From: Nitrospirota bacterium | GTDB lineage: Bacteria; Nitrospirota; UBA9217 | Length of the DNA stretch: 64,000 nucleotides | Direction: 5' to 3' | NCBI GenBank assembly: GCA_035623825.1 | Contig: DASPSR010000022.1 | Location: 1 to 64,000, forward strand | Shown here: one piece after another, positions 1 to 10,341 of the stretch | Layout of the letters: each line of letters begins with the position of its first letter | Position numbering within the stretch: the stretch's first letter is position 1 | Made by a program: the position numbers and the translations under genes | Notes under the pieces: generated by a model | What the model was told of the DNA's origin: nothing | Databases searched by the model: none | What the model saw: the letters and a program-made list of their open reading frames with translations, nothing else

Positions 1-79
1 AGGCACCGGGCAATTTCTCGGCTAACGCCAATAACTGTTCTTTCGATGCTTTATCGGGGTTTAAAGGGGAGGTATTCAT
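1..79 (-). CDS. 5' part of a gene running off the left edge (MNTSPLNPDKASKEQLLALAEKLPGA...)
   Basis: ATG at 79-77 with GGAGG just upstream; frame open to the window edge; product not identifiable. Confidence 0.45.
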   Translation of the reverse strand, partial: MNTSPLNPDKASKEQLLALAEKLPGA

Positions 80-463
80 GCCTCCCAGTATAGCATAAAT
101 CCAGCGAAATTGTAACAATATTTAGCGCGTTTATATTAGTATTAGAGCTTTCCTCATAGAATTTATTCCCCCTTTTAAGCGATTCCTGAAGCAATGCCTA
201 GGTTTTTTAAGCAATATCAAATTAGGGTGTGGATCATCGCTGTCTTTTATCCAGCGAAAAGATGGCATAACACACCAAGACGCAACTCTTTTGTTCTCGA
301 TTTTGTAGTGCTTGATCGATTTCGAGGAGAGATTCTCTTTTAGCAGATAAAAGAAAGTGGGAAGCAGATCCTAATTGAACGTAGCAGTGCCTTATTATTG
401 TGTCAACTAGTTAGATGGGGTATTTTTAGGGTAGTCACCACTCGCGTAACTCATTGGCGCGTA

Positions 464-523
464 TTATAGCTCGAAGGTCAGAGGCTTAAGTCTTGCCATA
501 TAGCACAATTAATCAACTACTTA
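464..523 (+). other. degenerate tRNA-fMet 3'-half relic plus IHF-consensus site (possible decayed att site)
   Basis: TTATAGCTCGAAGGTCAGAGGCTTAAGTCTTGCC resembles a generic tRNA-fMet TCATAACCCGAAGGTC..GGTTCAAATCCTGCC, differing mostly by transitions; AATCAACTACTTA at 511-523 fits WATCAANNNNTTR. Confidence 0.35.
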
Positions 524-606
524 CGGCACAAGCTGCACCCTCCTTTACCGTCACTGAGGAGAACGCACAATCTCCAGGAACGTTCGAGAGCCGTCGAGCT
601 CCAGTC

Positions 607-1368
607 TTACCGCACAAAATAGATGCCCGCTACGATCAATCCCACCGTGATGACCATCCAGCGTAGCACAGCCGGCCTGATCCTGCTCGCCACCCTGCCG
701 CCGAGCACTCCGCCCGCGAGCGAGCCAACGGTCATGACCGCGGCGGCAGTCCAGAGGACCTTGCCCGAGAAGAGAAAGAAAACGGCTGCAGCGCTATTTA
801 TAACGAATGAGAGCGCTTGCTTCAAGGCGTTCAGCCGGGTGAGCGAGTCATCAAGCACAAGCCCGAGGACCGCCAGCATCATCACCCCGAGTCCCGCTCC
901 GAAATACCCTCCGTAGACTGCGGCAGCGAAAACCAGCGGGATAGCCCAAACTTCATGCGGATGGGTGCGACCGCTTCCCCCCATGTGCGCCATCACCGCG
1001 GTCCGCAGACGGTCCTGGAAAGCAAGCAGTATGACAGCGGTCAGGATGAGATAGGGAATGAGCTTCATAAAGGTGGCATCGCTCGTGGAAAGGAGCAGGA
1101 CCCCTCCGGTGATGCCGCCCAGGATACCCGTAGGCAGAAGACTCCACATGCGTTTTTCTTGCCCCCGAAGGTCAGCCCTCTGGGCAAGGGCCCCGCCGAT
1201 GTACCCCGGGCAGAGCGCAACCGTGTTCGTTACGTTCGCGATCACCGGTGACACGTCTAACGCGGTCAGCGTGGGAAAGGTGATGAGCGTGCCTCCGCCC
1301 GCAATCGCGTTCGCGAACCCGCCGCATATCGAAGCTAATCCTATCAGGGTGATATCAAGATAACTCAA
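607..1368 (-). CDS. sulfite exporter TauE/SafE (TSUP) family membrane protein
   Basis: GFANAIAGGGTLITFP and VYGGYFGAGLG motifs; about 8 hydrophobic segments; TTG start after AGGAGG. Confidence 0.9.
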   Translation of the reverse strand: MSYLDITLIGLASICGGFANAIAGGGTLITFPTLTALDVSPVIANVTNTVALCPGYIGGALAQRADLRGQEKRMWSLLPTGILGGITGGVLLLSTSDATFMKLIPYLILTAVILLAFQDRLRTAVMAHMGGSGRTHPHEVWAIPLVFAAAVYGGYFGAGLGVMMLAVLGLVLDDSLTRLNALKQALSFVINSAAAVFFLFSGKVLWTAAAVMTVGSLAGGVLGGRVASRIRPAVLRWMVITVGLIVAGIYFVR

Positions 1369-1603
1369 TTGCCCTCCTACGAAGGAAAATTGTTGAAGAT
1401 GATACTATAGGCGTTGATTATATGCAAGACTATTAATGCTGATTATTGTTGCAGGGCAAAAGGGCAAGAAATCGAAGATCCAGTCAGTTCGATAGTAGTT
1501 ACTTGCCGATTAAAGTTTTTAAAGATAAAGCCGACAAGCATGGGAGAGGAGTATAAGGCTGTTAAGAACAGAGAAAAGGCGCAACGAAGAAAGAGCACAC
1601 TAA

Positions 1604-2041
1604 ATGTTCAGGACTGTTCGAATCATAACATGGGCGAGCCTCTTGTTATTGAACGTTTATTCCATGTTGCCCACCTATATTGTCCAAATCACCAGTGACG
1701 GCAGCGGACGGGTACAACCACATTATGCCAACGTCAGTACGTTGGCGAACCGGACATTCCGTTTACCGGGCACTGAAGAAATGGATGGCGATTTTCATCA
1801 CCACGACTCCCAAGGCAATGACCTCATCCGTGTTGTGAAAAAAAGCGCCGTCATCAGGGAAAGCGGCAATTTCAGGCCGCACCTTGTCTCGCAGGTTCTT
1901 GCCGTCGCGGACCCGGGTAATAACCTCCAGACTAACGTTCACGACGGTTTTCCGCCCATTGACAATGGCTCTCAACTGTTCGTGAACGATGGATTTCTTC
2001 CGCGAAAAACAGGCCATTCTCCTCCACTTCTCCCCCTGTAG
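1604..2041 (+). CDS. hypothetical protein, candidate leader/arrest peptide (N-terminal hydrophobic segment, HHH, C-terminal GHSPP)
   Basis: 145 aa ORF filling the gap before the DUF4382 gene; layout parallels the leader at 48973. Confidence 0.5.
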   Translation: MFRTVRIITWASLLLLNVYSMLPTYIVQITSDGSGRVQPHYANVSTLANRTFRLPGTEEMDGDFHHHDSQGNDLIRVVKKSAVIRESGNFRPHLVSQVLAVADPGNNLQTNVHDGFPPIDNGSQLFVNDGFLPRKTGHSPPLLPL

Positions 2042-2198
2042 CCGATTTTTCTTCATCATATATCATTCTGTACTGCTGCGACCACCCGCTTGCATGAGGT
2101 GCGCACGGATACCACTAGATGACCGGGATGAGCAGAAGGGGTATTTGACGCAGCGGCTCAAGACTCGCTCAACCCCTCATAATATTTAGGAGGTTGTC

Positions 2199-3842
2199 AT
2201 GAAACGCTGGAGTTTGATTGCTTTCGTTGTTGTACTTTTTTCCGGACTTTCGATATTTCTCGCTGCCTGCGGCGGCAGCGGAAGCTCATCTATTGGAGGA
2301 ACAGCTTCCCAGGGGACTGTCAACATGTCTGTTACCGACGCCCCCGGAGATTACGACCATGTGTACATCACGGTGAAAGATGCTTGGTTCAATACAAGCG
2401 ATGTAGCCGACCCGCGCGCGGCGGATTGGCACAAGATCCCGCTTGCGGCACCGGTGACCGTTGACCTCATGTCGCTCTCTAACGGTCAGATGCAGGCCAT
2501 CTGGAGCAACATAAACCTTACCGTCGGGGCCTATCGGCAGATCAGGCTGTTCCTTGTGCCGACCTATGCTTCAAATCCACCCGCAGGCCATCAGTATTAC
2601 AATGAAGTCGTCATAGGGTCGTTGACCTATCCGCTGTACATCCCGGACCCTGACCATGGCATCCAGATAATCGGCACATTTACTGTGTCAGGTGGAGGCA
2701 GGCTTAAACTTGCTTTCGACTTCGATGCTGGCGAAGACATTGTAGAATTCCATGACGGGGTGGATTATATTTTGAAGCCGCGGATGAAATATTTCGATCT
2801 GGACAATGCGGGAGCCATTATTGGCAAGCTCTCGTCCACCGGTACGTTCACAACGGCTTCTCATTACGTGATCAAGGCAGAGCGCCTTGCCACGGCGGCC
2901 GAAATGCTGGCCACCGGCAGTACGGGCACCTATCATGTGATAAGACGCTGGACCGTTCCCAACACAGACGGCACTTTTATCCTGTATCCCGTGTCTACTC
3001 TCGAAACGAACACTTGGGACGTGGTTATCCGCGGGGAGAACATCGATACTTTAATCATCAAAGGGGTCCCGATCACGAAAGGAGCGACCCCGGCTAGCGG
3101 CGCCACGGACCTCGGGACCATCATCACCACGCCGACAACTACGCCTAATAATGACTACATGGTCGCAGGAACCATTGGGTCGCCGACCGGTGCATGGGTG
3201 CAGTTCTATCAAACTCTTCCGGGCTCGGGAGAGTATCCGTATGAGATCCGGTTCAGGCACTTCAACCCCTTGTGGGGCGGGTTCCACCAGACTTTTATGC
3301 TGAACGACGATCAGGTGCAGGTCGGAACTTTTGTTAGCAGCGGCGCAACACTCACTTTCACTTCGGTGACCCCTGCGAACGGTATCGGCACATATGATGC
3401 CGTGGCCGGCGCCCTCATGTACCAACGCAGCGCCTCAACAGTCGTCACTTCAGCAACAACGACAGTTCCGTTTACGACTTTAAGCATCATATCGTCCTAT
3501 TCGACCAACACCGTAACAGGTAACATTTCATTGGGGACGGACGCAGCGATGCAAAGCATGATGTTGGGGCAAATGAACAGTGGCCTTTTGTTCGCCGTAC
3601 AGGGCGGCATGGTCGTCAACACGCTCAATAGCATTAACAGTACTATAGATAATCAAATGAGCAGTGGTGGGTCCTATCAAATCAATCTTCCGGGCGGTTA
3701 CCCTGGAGCATTCTACGGAATTGACGCAGTCGCTTGGGAGGCCCCCTTGCCGAGCATATATAAGGCGATAGCAATACCTCAGATCGTTGATCTGCGCACG
3801 GGGAACGATACTGCAAATATGCAGATGCTGCCCTTGTGGTAG
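2199..3842 (+). CDS. DUF4382-domain lipoprotein
   Basis: Lipobox LAAC followed by a G/S linker; VNMSVTDAP..YDHVYITV, GAYRQIRL, FDFDA and YILKP motifs; AGGAGG RBS. Confidence 0.85.
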   Translation: MKRWSLIAFVVVLFSGLSIFLAACGGSGSSSIGGTASQGTVNMSVTDAPGDYDHVYITVKDAWFNTSDVADPRAADWHKIPLAAPVTVDLMSLSNGQMQAIWSNINLTVGAYRQIRLFLVPTYASNPPAGHQYYNEVVIGSLTYPLYIPDPDHGIQIIGTFTVSGGGRLKLAFDFDAGEDIVEFHDGVDYILKPRMKYFDLDNAGAIIGKLSSTGTFTTASHYVIKAERLATAAEMLATGSTGTYHVIRRWTVPNTDGTFILYPVSTLETNTWDVVIRGENIDTLIIKGVPITKGATPASGATDLGTIITTPTTTPNNDYMVAGTIGSPTGAWVQFYQTLPGSGEYPYEIRFRHFNPLWGGFHQTFMLNDDQVQVGTFVSSGATLTFTSVTPANGIGTYDAVAGALMYQRSASTVVTSATTTVPFTTLSIISSYSTNTVTGNISLGTDAAMQSMMLGQMNSGLLFAVQGGMVVNTLNSINSTIDNQMSSGGSYQINLPGGYPGAFYGIDAVAWEAPLPSIYKAIAIPQIVDLRTGNDTANMQMLPLW

Positions 3843-3857
3843 CCGTTATGCGGTCAT

Positions 3858-3893
3858 AGGCCTTCCGGATTTTCCGGAAGGCCTGACTTTTTT
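3858..3893 (+). terminator. intrinsic terminator
   Basis: AGGCCTTCCGGA-TTT-TCCGGAAGGCCT hairpin followed by a T-run, 16 nt after the stop. Confidence 0.8.
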
Positions 3894-4492
3894 AATTGCT
3901 GAGTTCCAGTTTCAATCAATCGACATATCCCTGTCTTGCCAAACCCTTCGGGGATAGGTGGACAGAGGCGGATAGAATAAGACCAAGATGGCCGAACTGC
4001 AGAAGGATAAACCCTTTGGTGGCTCGGCCTTTTTGATTTGATCTGTGATCGGCGATATGACCGGAGAGAGATAATCTTTAGTGCCGCCCTATGTTCAACA
4101 CCAATAAGAACCTGCCCCGGAGGAAATGCAATGCTCCCGTAGGCGCGCAGCTCTCTTTTATCCCGGATTGGATGATTATCCGATGAGATAATAGTATTAG
4201 AGTTCCTGCCGGATCGTGGAGTCGAATTCATACGTCTGATTGACATTCATGCATAATTGCGCAATAATTTAACTAGTGAATGGGATTTGTCGATCTTGAG
4301 CGAATTATTCAGCATCGCTTGAGAAGTGATGATAAATGTGCCGATCCACGGGCATTGGTTGATTCAGTTGAGTCGAACCATTTCTGAAGCTTTAGCAATG
4401 CCACTGTCAAGTCCTCAAGAAACGGCTTCAGCGACCCCTCAGGAAAGAGTAAATCAACTTCGACGTGGTTGGCACGAGAGAGGAGATTGATC

Positions 4493-5350
4493 ATGAATTA
4501 CATAACTGTAGGTAAAGAGAATTCGACCGATATAGACCTATACTACGAGGATCATGGTACGGGTAAACCTATCATGCTGATTCACGGTTGGCCACTGAGC
4601 GGCGCTTCCTGGGAAAAGCAGGTGCCAGTCCTGGTAAGTGCCGGTTACCGAGTCATCACCTACGACAGGAGAGGGTTCGGAAAGTCCAGCAAGCCGCTGT
4701 CGGGCTACGATTATGATACCTTGGCAATGGACTTGGACAAGCTCATGACGAAGCTCAATCTTCGTGATACTACGCTGGTGGGCTTCTCGATGGGCGGCGG
4801 CGAAGTGGCCCGTTATATCGGCTTATACGGTACAAAGCGCATAAGCAAGGCGGTCTTCATGTCTGCGATTCCGCCATTCCTTTTGAAGACGCCTGACAAC
4901 CCGGAAGGCGCGGATGGCAGCATCTTCGATGGGATCAAGAGCGCCATAGTCGCAGATCGTCCGGCATTTCTCACGGCCTTTCTTTCAAATTTCTACAACG
5001 TTGACGTCCTCAAGGGAAAGAAGGTCAGCGAAGAAGTCGTACGTCTCAGTTGGACCATTGCTGCCATGGCCTCACCGAAAGGCACGCTTGACTGCGTCCA
5101 GGCCTGGTTGACCGACTTCCGGAAGGACCTGAAAAACATCGATGTTCCCACCCTGATCATTCACGGCGACGAGGACCGGATCGTTCCTTTCGCCGCAAGC
5201 GGAAAGCGGATGCCCGAGTTGATCAAGGGCAGCCGGCTGTCTGTGATCAAGGGCGGGCCGCACGGCATGAACTGGACGCATGCCGAGGAACTCAACCATG
5301 AGCTGTTGGACTTCCTGGGAGAGAAAAAGGTGGAGAAGATTGCCGCCTAG
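4493..5350 (+). CDS. alpha/beta hydrolase, non-heme haloperoxidase/arylesterase family
   Basis: LIHGWPLSG, YDRRGFGKS, GFSMGG nucleophile elbow, HGDEDRIVP, GGPHG; ATG 4493 after GAGGAG. Confidence 0.92.
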   Translation: MNYITVGKENSTDIDLYYEDHGTGKPIMLIHGWPLSGASWEKQVPVLVSAGYRVITYDRRGFGKSSKPLSGYDYDTLAMDLDKLMTKLNLRDTTLVGFSMGGGEVARYIGLYGTKRISKAVFMSAIPPFLLKTPDNPEGADGSIFDGIKSAIVADRPAFLTAFLSNFYNVDVLKGKKVSEEVVRLSWTIAAMASPKGTLDCVQAWLTDFRKDLKNIDVPTLIIHGDEDRIVPFAASGKRMPELIKGSRLSVIKGGPHGMNWTHAEELNHELLDFLGEKKVEKIAA

Positions 5351-5378
5351 CTGACGAGCAGTACTTTGTTCGTCATTT

Positions 5379-5491
5379 CCGGAGGTGGGGGACACGATAT
5401 TCGAATCTTCAATGCGTAGTTTCTCCCTGGAATAGGGGATATGGTAAAACATCCTGGCAAGACATGAGACGGTGTCCCTCACTTGCTCCGG
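5379..5491. repeat. imperfect long inverted repeat (REP/MITE-like)
   Basis: CCGGAG-GTGGGGGACAC ... GTGTCCCTCAC-TTG-CTCCGG arms enclosing about 75 nt. Confidence 0.45.
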
Positions 5492-5817
5492 TTAAAAATA
5501 AAAATCCTGCCTGCAGCCGTTCTATTCTCTTGGAAATACGTAATATTTACGCCGGGATCAGCATATCATAGTTCAGCATATACCAAATATATGATCCATT
5601 AGGTACGCTCTTCTTTTCAAGAGACAATGCCTTGCCTTGACAAGTCCTTTTCTGTCTGGTTAACTCAATTTGTACCTCGCTCATGAAATTATGAACATGA
5701 TGTTGCACGAATGAGCTTTTTTATGAATATGCCTTCTCTGATTCTTTTGACTATCGGCGATAGCCGATTGGCTGGTTTCAGTCTTTCATACGCATCAGGA
5801 TGAAAGGAGGAGATTGC

Positions 5818-6291
5818 ATGATCAACCTGAATATCAACGGGAAGACGTATCAAGTGGACGCATCTCCCGATACCCCGCTTTTATGGGTGATCCGGGAGCA
5901 TATGAAGCTGACCGGAACGAAATACGGATGCGGCGTCGCAATGTGCGGGGCCTGCACCGTGCACATTGAGGGCGAAGCGACCCGATCCTGCCAGGTCCCG
6001 GTGAAGGATGCAGTCGGCAAGAAGATCATGACCATCGAGGCTGTCGGGACAACGCAGGCAGGCAGAGCGGTGCAGGAGGCCTGGGTCGCTGAGGATGTGC
6101 CGCAATGCGGGTATTGCCAGTCCGGACACATCATGGCGGCAGCCGCCCTTTTGAGCGCGAACCCCAAGCCTTCGGAAGGCGACATCGACTCAGCCATGAA
6201 CGGGAACCTCTGCCGCTGCGGCACGTACCAGCGCATCCGGAGGGCCGTGCATCGTGCGGCCGATATGCTGGCGAAAGGAGGCAGGCCATGA
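5818..6291 (+). CDS. iorA: isoquinoline 1-oxidoreductase-type 2Fe-2S small subunit
   Basis: [24 protein letters not shown] and NLCRCGTY motifs; AGGAGG RBS. Confidence 0.92.
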   Translation: MINLNINGKTYQVDASPDTPLLWVIREHMKLTGTKYGCGVAMCGACTVHIEGEATRSCQVPVKDAVGKKIMTIEAVGTTQAGRAVQEAWVAEDVPQCGYCQSGHIMAAAALLSANPKPSEGDIDSAMNGNLCRCGTYQRIRRAVHRAADMLAKGGRP

Positions 6292-8459
6292 ACGGGATCG
6301 CGAACATAAGCCGCCGTGATTTTTTGAAGACAGGCGCACTTATTGGGGGCGGCCTGGTTCTGGGCGTGTCCCTGCCGTCGAGCGCACTATCGGCGAAAAA
6401 GGGTGCGAAGGCAGAAAGCGCGTCCCTCAATGCCTTTGTCCGTGTCGGCGCGGACGACACTGTGACCATCATCGTGAACCATTCCGAGATGGGCCAGGGC
6501 GTGTACACGTCCCTTCCCATGCTCGTCAACGAGGAGCTCGAAGCGGACTGGGCGAAGGTCAGGTTCGAGGCGGCGCCCGTGGACCCCGCTTACAACCACA
6601 CCGTTTTCGGCTCGCAGACGACAGGCGGCAGCAGCAGCGTTTGGAGCGAGTACGACCGGCTCAGGCAGATGGGCGCAGCGGCCCGGATGATGCTGATAGC
6701 GGCGGCGGCAAAACAGTGGAAGGTGGATCCAGGTTCATGCCGGGTCGAGAACGGGAAGGTGATCAGTTCAAGCGGCAAGTCGCTCACCTACGGCAAGCTC
6801 GCTAAGAAGGCGGCAGCCATGCAGGTCCCGAAGGATGTGAAGCTGAAGGATCCGTCACAGTATACGATCATCGGGAAGCCAATGCACCGGCTCGATACGC
6901 CGGAGAAGGTGAACGGCGCTGCGAAATTCGGAATCGATGTATTGCTGCCAGGCATGCTGACGGCTGTGATCGCCCGCCCGCCGATCTTCGGGGCAAAGGT
7001 TTCGAGCTTGAAGGACGAAAAGGCGAAGGCCGCGGCTGGCGTAAAGGCAGTTGCCCAGGTGCCCTCGGGCGTTGCTGTTGTCGCGAAGGACTTCTGGTCT
7101 GCCGTAAAGGGCCGGGAATTGCTCGAAATCGTTTGGGACGAAGGACCCCTTGCAACGCTCTCGACGCCGGGGCTGCGGAAGCAGTACTCCGACCTCGCCT
7201 CAACGCCGGGGCTGACTGCTAAGAAGGAAGGCGATGTTGATTCTGCCATGGGAAAGGCCGCGCAGCGGATCAGCGCCGAGTATGAAGTCCCGTACCTTGC
7301 CCACGCGACTATGGAACCCATGAACTGCACCGTGGACCTGAAGAAAGACTCCTGCGATATCTGGACCGGCACGCAGATGCAGACCGGGGACCGGAAGGCG
7401 GCCGCAGACGCTGCCGGGCTAAAGCCCGAGCAGGTGAGAATACACACGATGTATCTGGGAGGCGGCTTCGGAAGGCGCGCCAATCCGGCGAATGATTTCG
7501 TGAAGGAAGCCGTGCACGTGGCAATGGCGGCCAAGGCGCCGGTGAAAGTGATCTGGACACGCGAAGACGACACACGGGGCGGTTATTACCGCCCGATGTG
7601 GTATGACCGTATAGCAGCGGGGCTGGACGAGCAGGGAAACCCAGTTGCCTGGAAGCACACCATTGTCGGCCAATCCATCCTTGTCGGGACTCCGTTCGAA
7701 CGCATGATGGTCAAGGACGGCATAGACGGTACCTCGATCGAAGGCGCAGCGGACCTCCCCTATGCCGTTCCGAACGTCCTTGTGGACCTGCACAGCCCGA
7801 AGACCGGCGTTCCGGTCCTGTGGTGGCGCTCTGTGGGCCATTCGCACACGGGATTTGTGGTAGAGACCTTCCTGGACGATCTGGCGCACGTAGCGGGAAG
7901 GGACCCCTATGAATACCGCAAACGGCTCCTCGAGGGCAATTCACGACACTTGGGCGTGCTGAATCTTGTTGCCGAGAAGGCCGGCTGGGGGGGTCCGCTT
8001 CCTTCGGGACGCGGACGGGGTATCGCGGTACACGCGTCCTTCGGCAGCTACATCGCGCAGGTAGCAGAGGTTTCGGTGAACCCGAGCGGAGCCATCCGGG
8101 TGCACAAAGTCGTCTGTGCCGTGGACTGCGGAAAATACGTGAACCCCGAGATCATCCGGGCGCAGATGGAGTCCGGGATTGTCTTCGGCCTTTCGGCGGC
8201 TCTGCATAGCGCCATCACGTTCAAGGACGGCAGAGTGGAACAGAGCAACTTTTACGACTATCAAATTCTGAGACTGATGGAGATGCCGGAAGTTGAGGTC
8301 CATATTGTCGAAAGCACCGAGAAGTCCGGAGGCATCGGCGAGCCGGGCGTTCCGCCCATCGCGCCGGCCGTGGCGAACGCAGTGTTCGCCCTGACGGGCA
8401 AGCGCATCAGGAAACTGCCGATGACGCCGGAGGTCGTCATGTCGGCACAGAAGGCATAG
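6288..8459 (+). CDS. iorB: xanthine dehydrogenase-family molybdopterin subunit (IorB-like), Tat-exported
   Basis: Tat motif SRRDFLK; [39 protein letters not shown]; ATGA overlap with iorA. Confidence 0.92.
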   Translation: MNGIANISRRDFLKTGALIGGGLVLGVSLPSSALSAKKGAKAESASLNAFVRVGADDTVTIIVNHSEMGQGVYTSLPMLVNEELEADWAKVRFEAAPVDPAYNHTVFGSQTTGGSSSVWSEYDRLRQMGAAARMMLIAAAAKQWKVDPGSCRVENGKVISSSGKSLTYGKLAKKAAAMQVPKDVKLKDPSQYTIIGKPMHRLDTPEKVNGAAKFGIDVLLPGMLTAVIARPPIFGAKVSSLKDEKAKAAAGVKAVAQVPSGVAVVAKDFWSAVKGRELLEIVWDEGPLATLSTPGLRKQYSDLASTPGLTAKKEGDVDSAMGKAAQRISAEYEVPYLAHATMEPMNCTVDLKKDSCDIWTGTQMQTGDRKAAADAAGLKPEQVRIHTMYLGGGFGRRANPANDFVKEAVHVAMAAKAPVKVIWTREDDTRGGYYRPMWYDRIAAGLDEQGNPVAWKHTIVGQSILVGTPFERMMVKDGIDGTSIEGAADLPYAVPNVLVDLHSPKTGVPVLWWRSVGHSHTGFVVETFLDDLAHVAGRDPYEYRKRLLEGNSRHLGVLNLVAEKAGWGGPLPSGRGRGIAVHASFGSYIAQVAEVSVNPSGAIRVHKVVCAVDCGKYVNPEIIRAQMESGIVFGLSAALHSAITFKDGRVEQSNFYDYQILRLMEMPEVEVHIVESTEKSGGIGEPGVPPIAPAVANAVFALTGKRIRKLPMTPEVVMSAQKA

Positions 8460-8469
8460 TTCAGTCGAC

Positions 8470-8622
8470 CAAACCGGCAGTGTTCCAAAAGACGGGTCAC
8501 CTGTTCGAGGGGAGGCGCAAGTCTCTTCCTGTCCGTAAAGAGAGACATCTTTTCGAGGTCTGCCGGGATGTCGTATTCGGTCCGATTTCGGGCGCGAATG
8601 ATCAAAAAACCTGTGCAATTTG
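8470..8622 (+). pseudogene. relic of a REP-associated tyrosine transposase (RAYT, IS200-like Y1)
   Basis: Translates KTGHLFEGRRKSLPVRKERHLFEVCRDVVFGP, then after a frameshift RARMIKKP; compare RAYT consensus GHLFQGRYKS..YLLELCRYIVLNPVRAGMVKKP. Confidence 0.65.
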
Positions 8623-8651
8623 ATCATTTCATTACGAAGAATGGCGCATAC

Positions 8652-9131
8652 GTGGACATTCAATATTTGGCAGATCATAAAGATGTTGTGTCGATCATTG
8701 CTGACTGGATATACGACGAGTGGTTCTATCTATATCCGGAGATGATACTGCAAGATGTTGTAAGTTTTTTGCGGGAGAGAATGAATAAAGAACAGCTGCC
8801 CCTTACCCTGGTGGCTTTCGAGGCCGGAGAACCAGTAGGGACAGTATCTCTTAAGATGTTCGACATGGAGACGAGGGGCGATTTGTCACACTGGCTCACG
8901 AGCCTCTACGTGGCCAAACCATGGAGGAGAAGGAAGATTGGCTCGCGTTTGGCGGAGACTGCGGAGGAAAAGGCCGCCGACTTGGGAGTATGCAAACTGT
9001 TCCTGTTCACAACCGATGCCAGTCTTCCTGGACAGTTCTACGCAAAATTAGGATGGATAGTGAAAGAGACGGCAATATATCACTCGTATCCTGTTATCAT
9101 TATGGAGAAGGACTTGTGCAATAAACGGTGA
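8652..9131 (+). CDS. GNAT family N-acetyltransferase
   Basis: WLTSLYVAKPWRRRKIGSRL acetyl-CoA motif and FYAKLGW; GTG 8652 chosen because the upstream part of the listed ORF is the RAYT relic. Confidence 0.85.
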   Translation: MDIQYLADHKDVVSIIADWIYDEWFYLYPEMILQDVVSFLRERMNKEQLPLTLVAFEAGEPVGTVSLKMFDMETRGDLSHWLTSLYVAKPWRRRKIGSRLAETAEEKAADLGVCKLFLFTTDASLPGQFYAKLGWIVKETAIYHSYPVIIMEKDLCNKR

Positions 9132-9274
9132 TCAGCTCGATCTTTAACGAGATCCGAGGTTTTACTGCTTTGGATATATAAAAACATCATCAATAAGGCG
9201 AAAAGTATCTTACTTCATGCAGTTCTTATATCACCGCTCTTTAAACGATTGGACGTGTCCCTGGGAACAGTAAA

Positions 9275-9508
9275 ATGAAAAACACACTGGTGTTGATCCT
9301 GGCGGCAGGCGCCATCGTCGCTATCCTCTTCTTTATTTCGTCGGCCGGGAAAAAGGCTCCGGATGTCCCCCTTGACAAAATTCACCTTCCTCTGAGCGCA
9401 CAGGAAGACTGTATAACATGTCATGCGCCGGGCAAACAAGCGCCTTTGAAAGACACCCATCCGCCGAAGGAGCAGTGTTTTATCTGTCACAAGACCAGTA
9501 AACGCTGA
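9275..9508 (+). CDS. small membrane-anchored diheme c-type cytochrome
   Basis: N-terminal TM/signal segment; CITCH and CFICH, each preceded by a His. Confidence 0.8.
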   Translation: MKNTLVLILAAGAIVAILFFISSAGKKAPDVPLDKIHLPLSAQEDCITCHAPGKQAPLKDTHPPKEQCFICHKTSKR

Positions 9509-9630
9509 TTTTGGGGACGGAAGAGGTGTGCATTCCTTCTTGTAATGTTCGATCATATCACCCATCCAAAAATTTGAGTCTTATCCAGAACTGCTACCAT
9601 CATAAGCACAATATTTAACACAGCTTTGCA

Positions 9631-9662
9631 TGAGATAGCCGGCCACGGCCATCTCTTTTTTT
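9631..9662 (+). terminator. intrinsic terminator
   Basis: GAGATAGCCG-GCCA-CGGCCATCTC hairpin (one mismatch) followed by a T-run. Confidence 0.6.
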
Positions 9663-9835
9663 ATTGTTAGAAATGCAGCAAAGTTGTATAAAGATAGCAC
9701 TTCCCGGATTTGGTCTTGGAACATCGGCAAGCCCAAGTGGTTGCCCGCGTGCGGGAAGCATAGCGGGGTTTTTGAATCTGAGCTTTTCTGGCGGCTGCGG
9801 TTACTCGCTCCAAAATGTATAATTAGGGGTCAATA

Positions 9836-10141
9836 ATGCTGAAAAATAAACAGATAAAATGTAATAGGTGCAACGGTATTTTTGATGCTGAAGAAAATCG
9901 CTTATTTGTATTCTCAAAGCTTCCACTGGAAGAGAAACGCTGGCCATACCCCGGTTTTGCAAATATACTGAAAGAAGGGATGAATTTTAATGTCGTCAAG
10001 TGTCCAAAATGCGGCAATAAATTTAAAACGAATAAGTTGAAGCTGCTTTACGTGTTTTCACCTTTGGGGCTTTTCGTATTCGTCGCTGTTTTTAAAATCT
10101 TCATAGCATTATACTTCTATAGGGCTTTTCTCAAGAAATAG
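9836..10141 (+). CDS. hypothetical Zn-ribbon membrane protein
   Basis: CNRC..CPKC pairs plus a C-terminal TM helix; AT-rich. Confidence 0.6.
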   Translation: MLKNKQIKCNRCNGIFDAEENRLFVFSKLPLEEKRWPYPGFANILKEGMNFNVVKCPKCGNKFKTNKLKLLYVFSPLGLFVFVAVFKIFIALYFYRAFLKK

Positions 10142-10341
10142 GTGTGGTATGCAGCAGTTGAAGGATCAGAATCGTCCGTCTTTTTCACCTCCTCTCTTCC
10201 CGGGAAGGCATCGAGGATTTGCACGATCTTGGAGCTAGTGAAGAGTACAGGTTGATCCTAGAACATGCAGATGTTAACTCGAAGAACCGCCCGTAACCAT
10301 CATTTCGAAATCTCCGCGGTCTGGAGCAGTAACAATCACCC

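Noticed and set aside
3854-4468. 130-aa minus-strand ORF and surrounding intergenic DNA
   Set aside because: No RBS or motifs and it runs through a terminator; may be decayed sequence but I cannot assign it.
6105-6287. N-terminal extension of the 784-aa ORF
   Set aside because: Overlaps iorA; the real start is ATG 6288 with an RBS and Tat signal.
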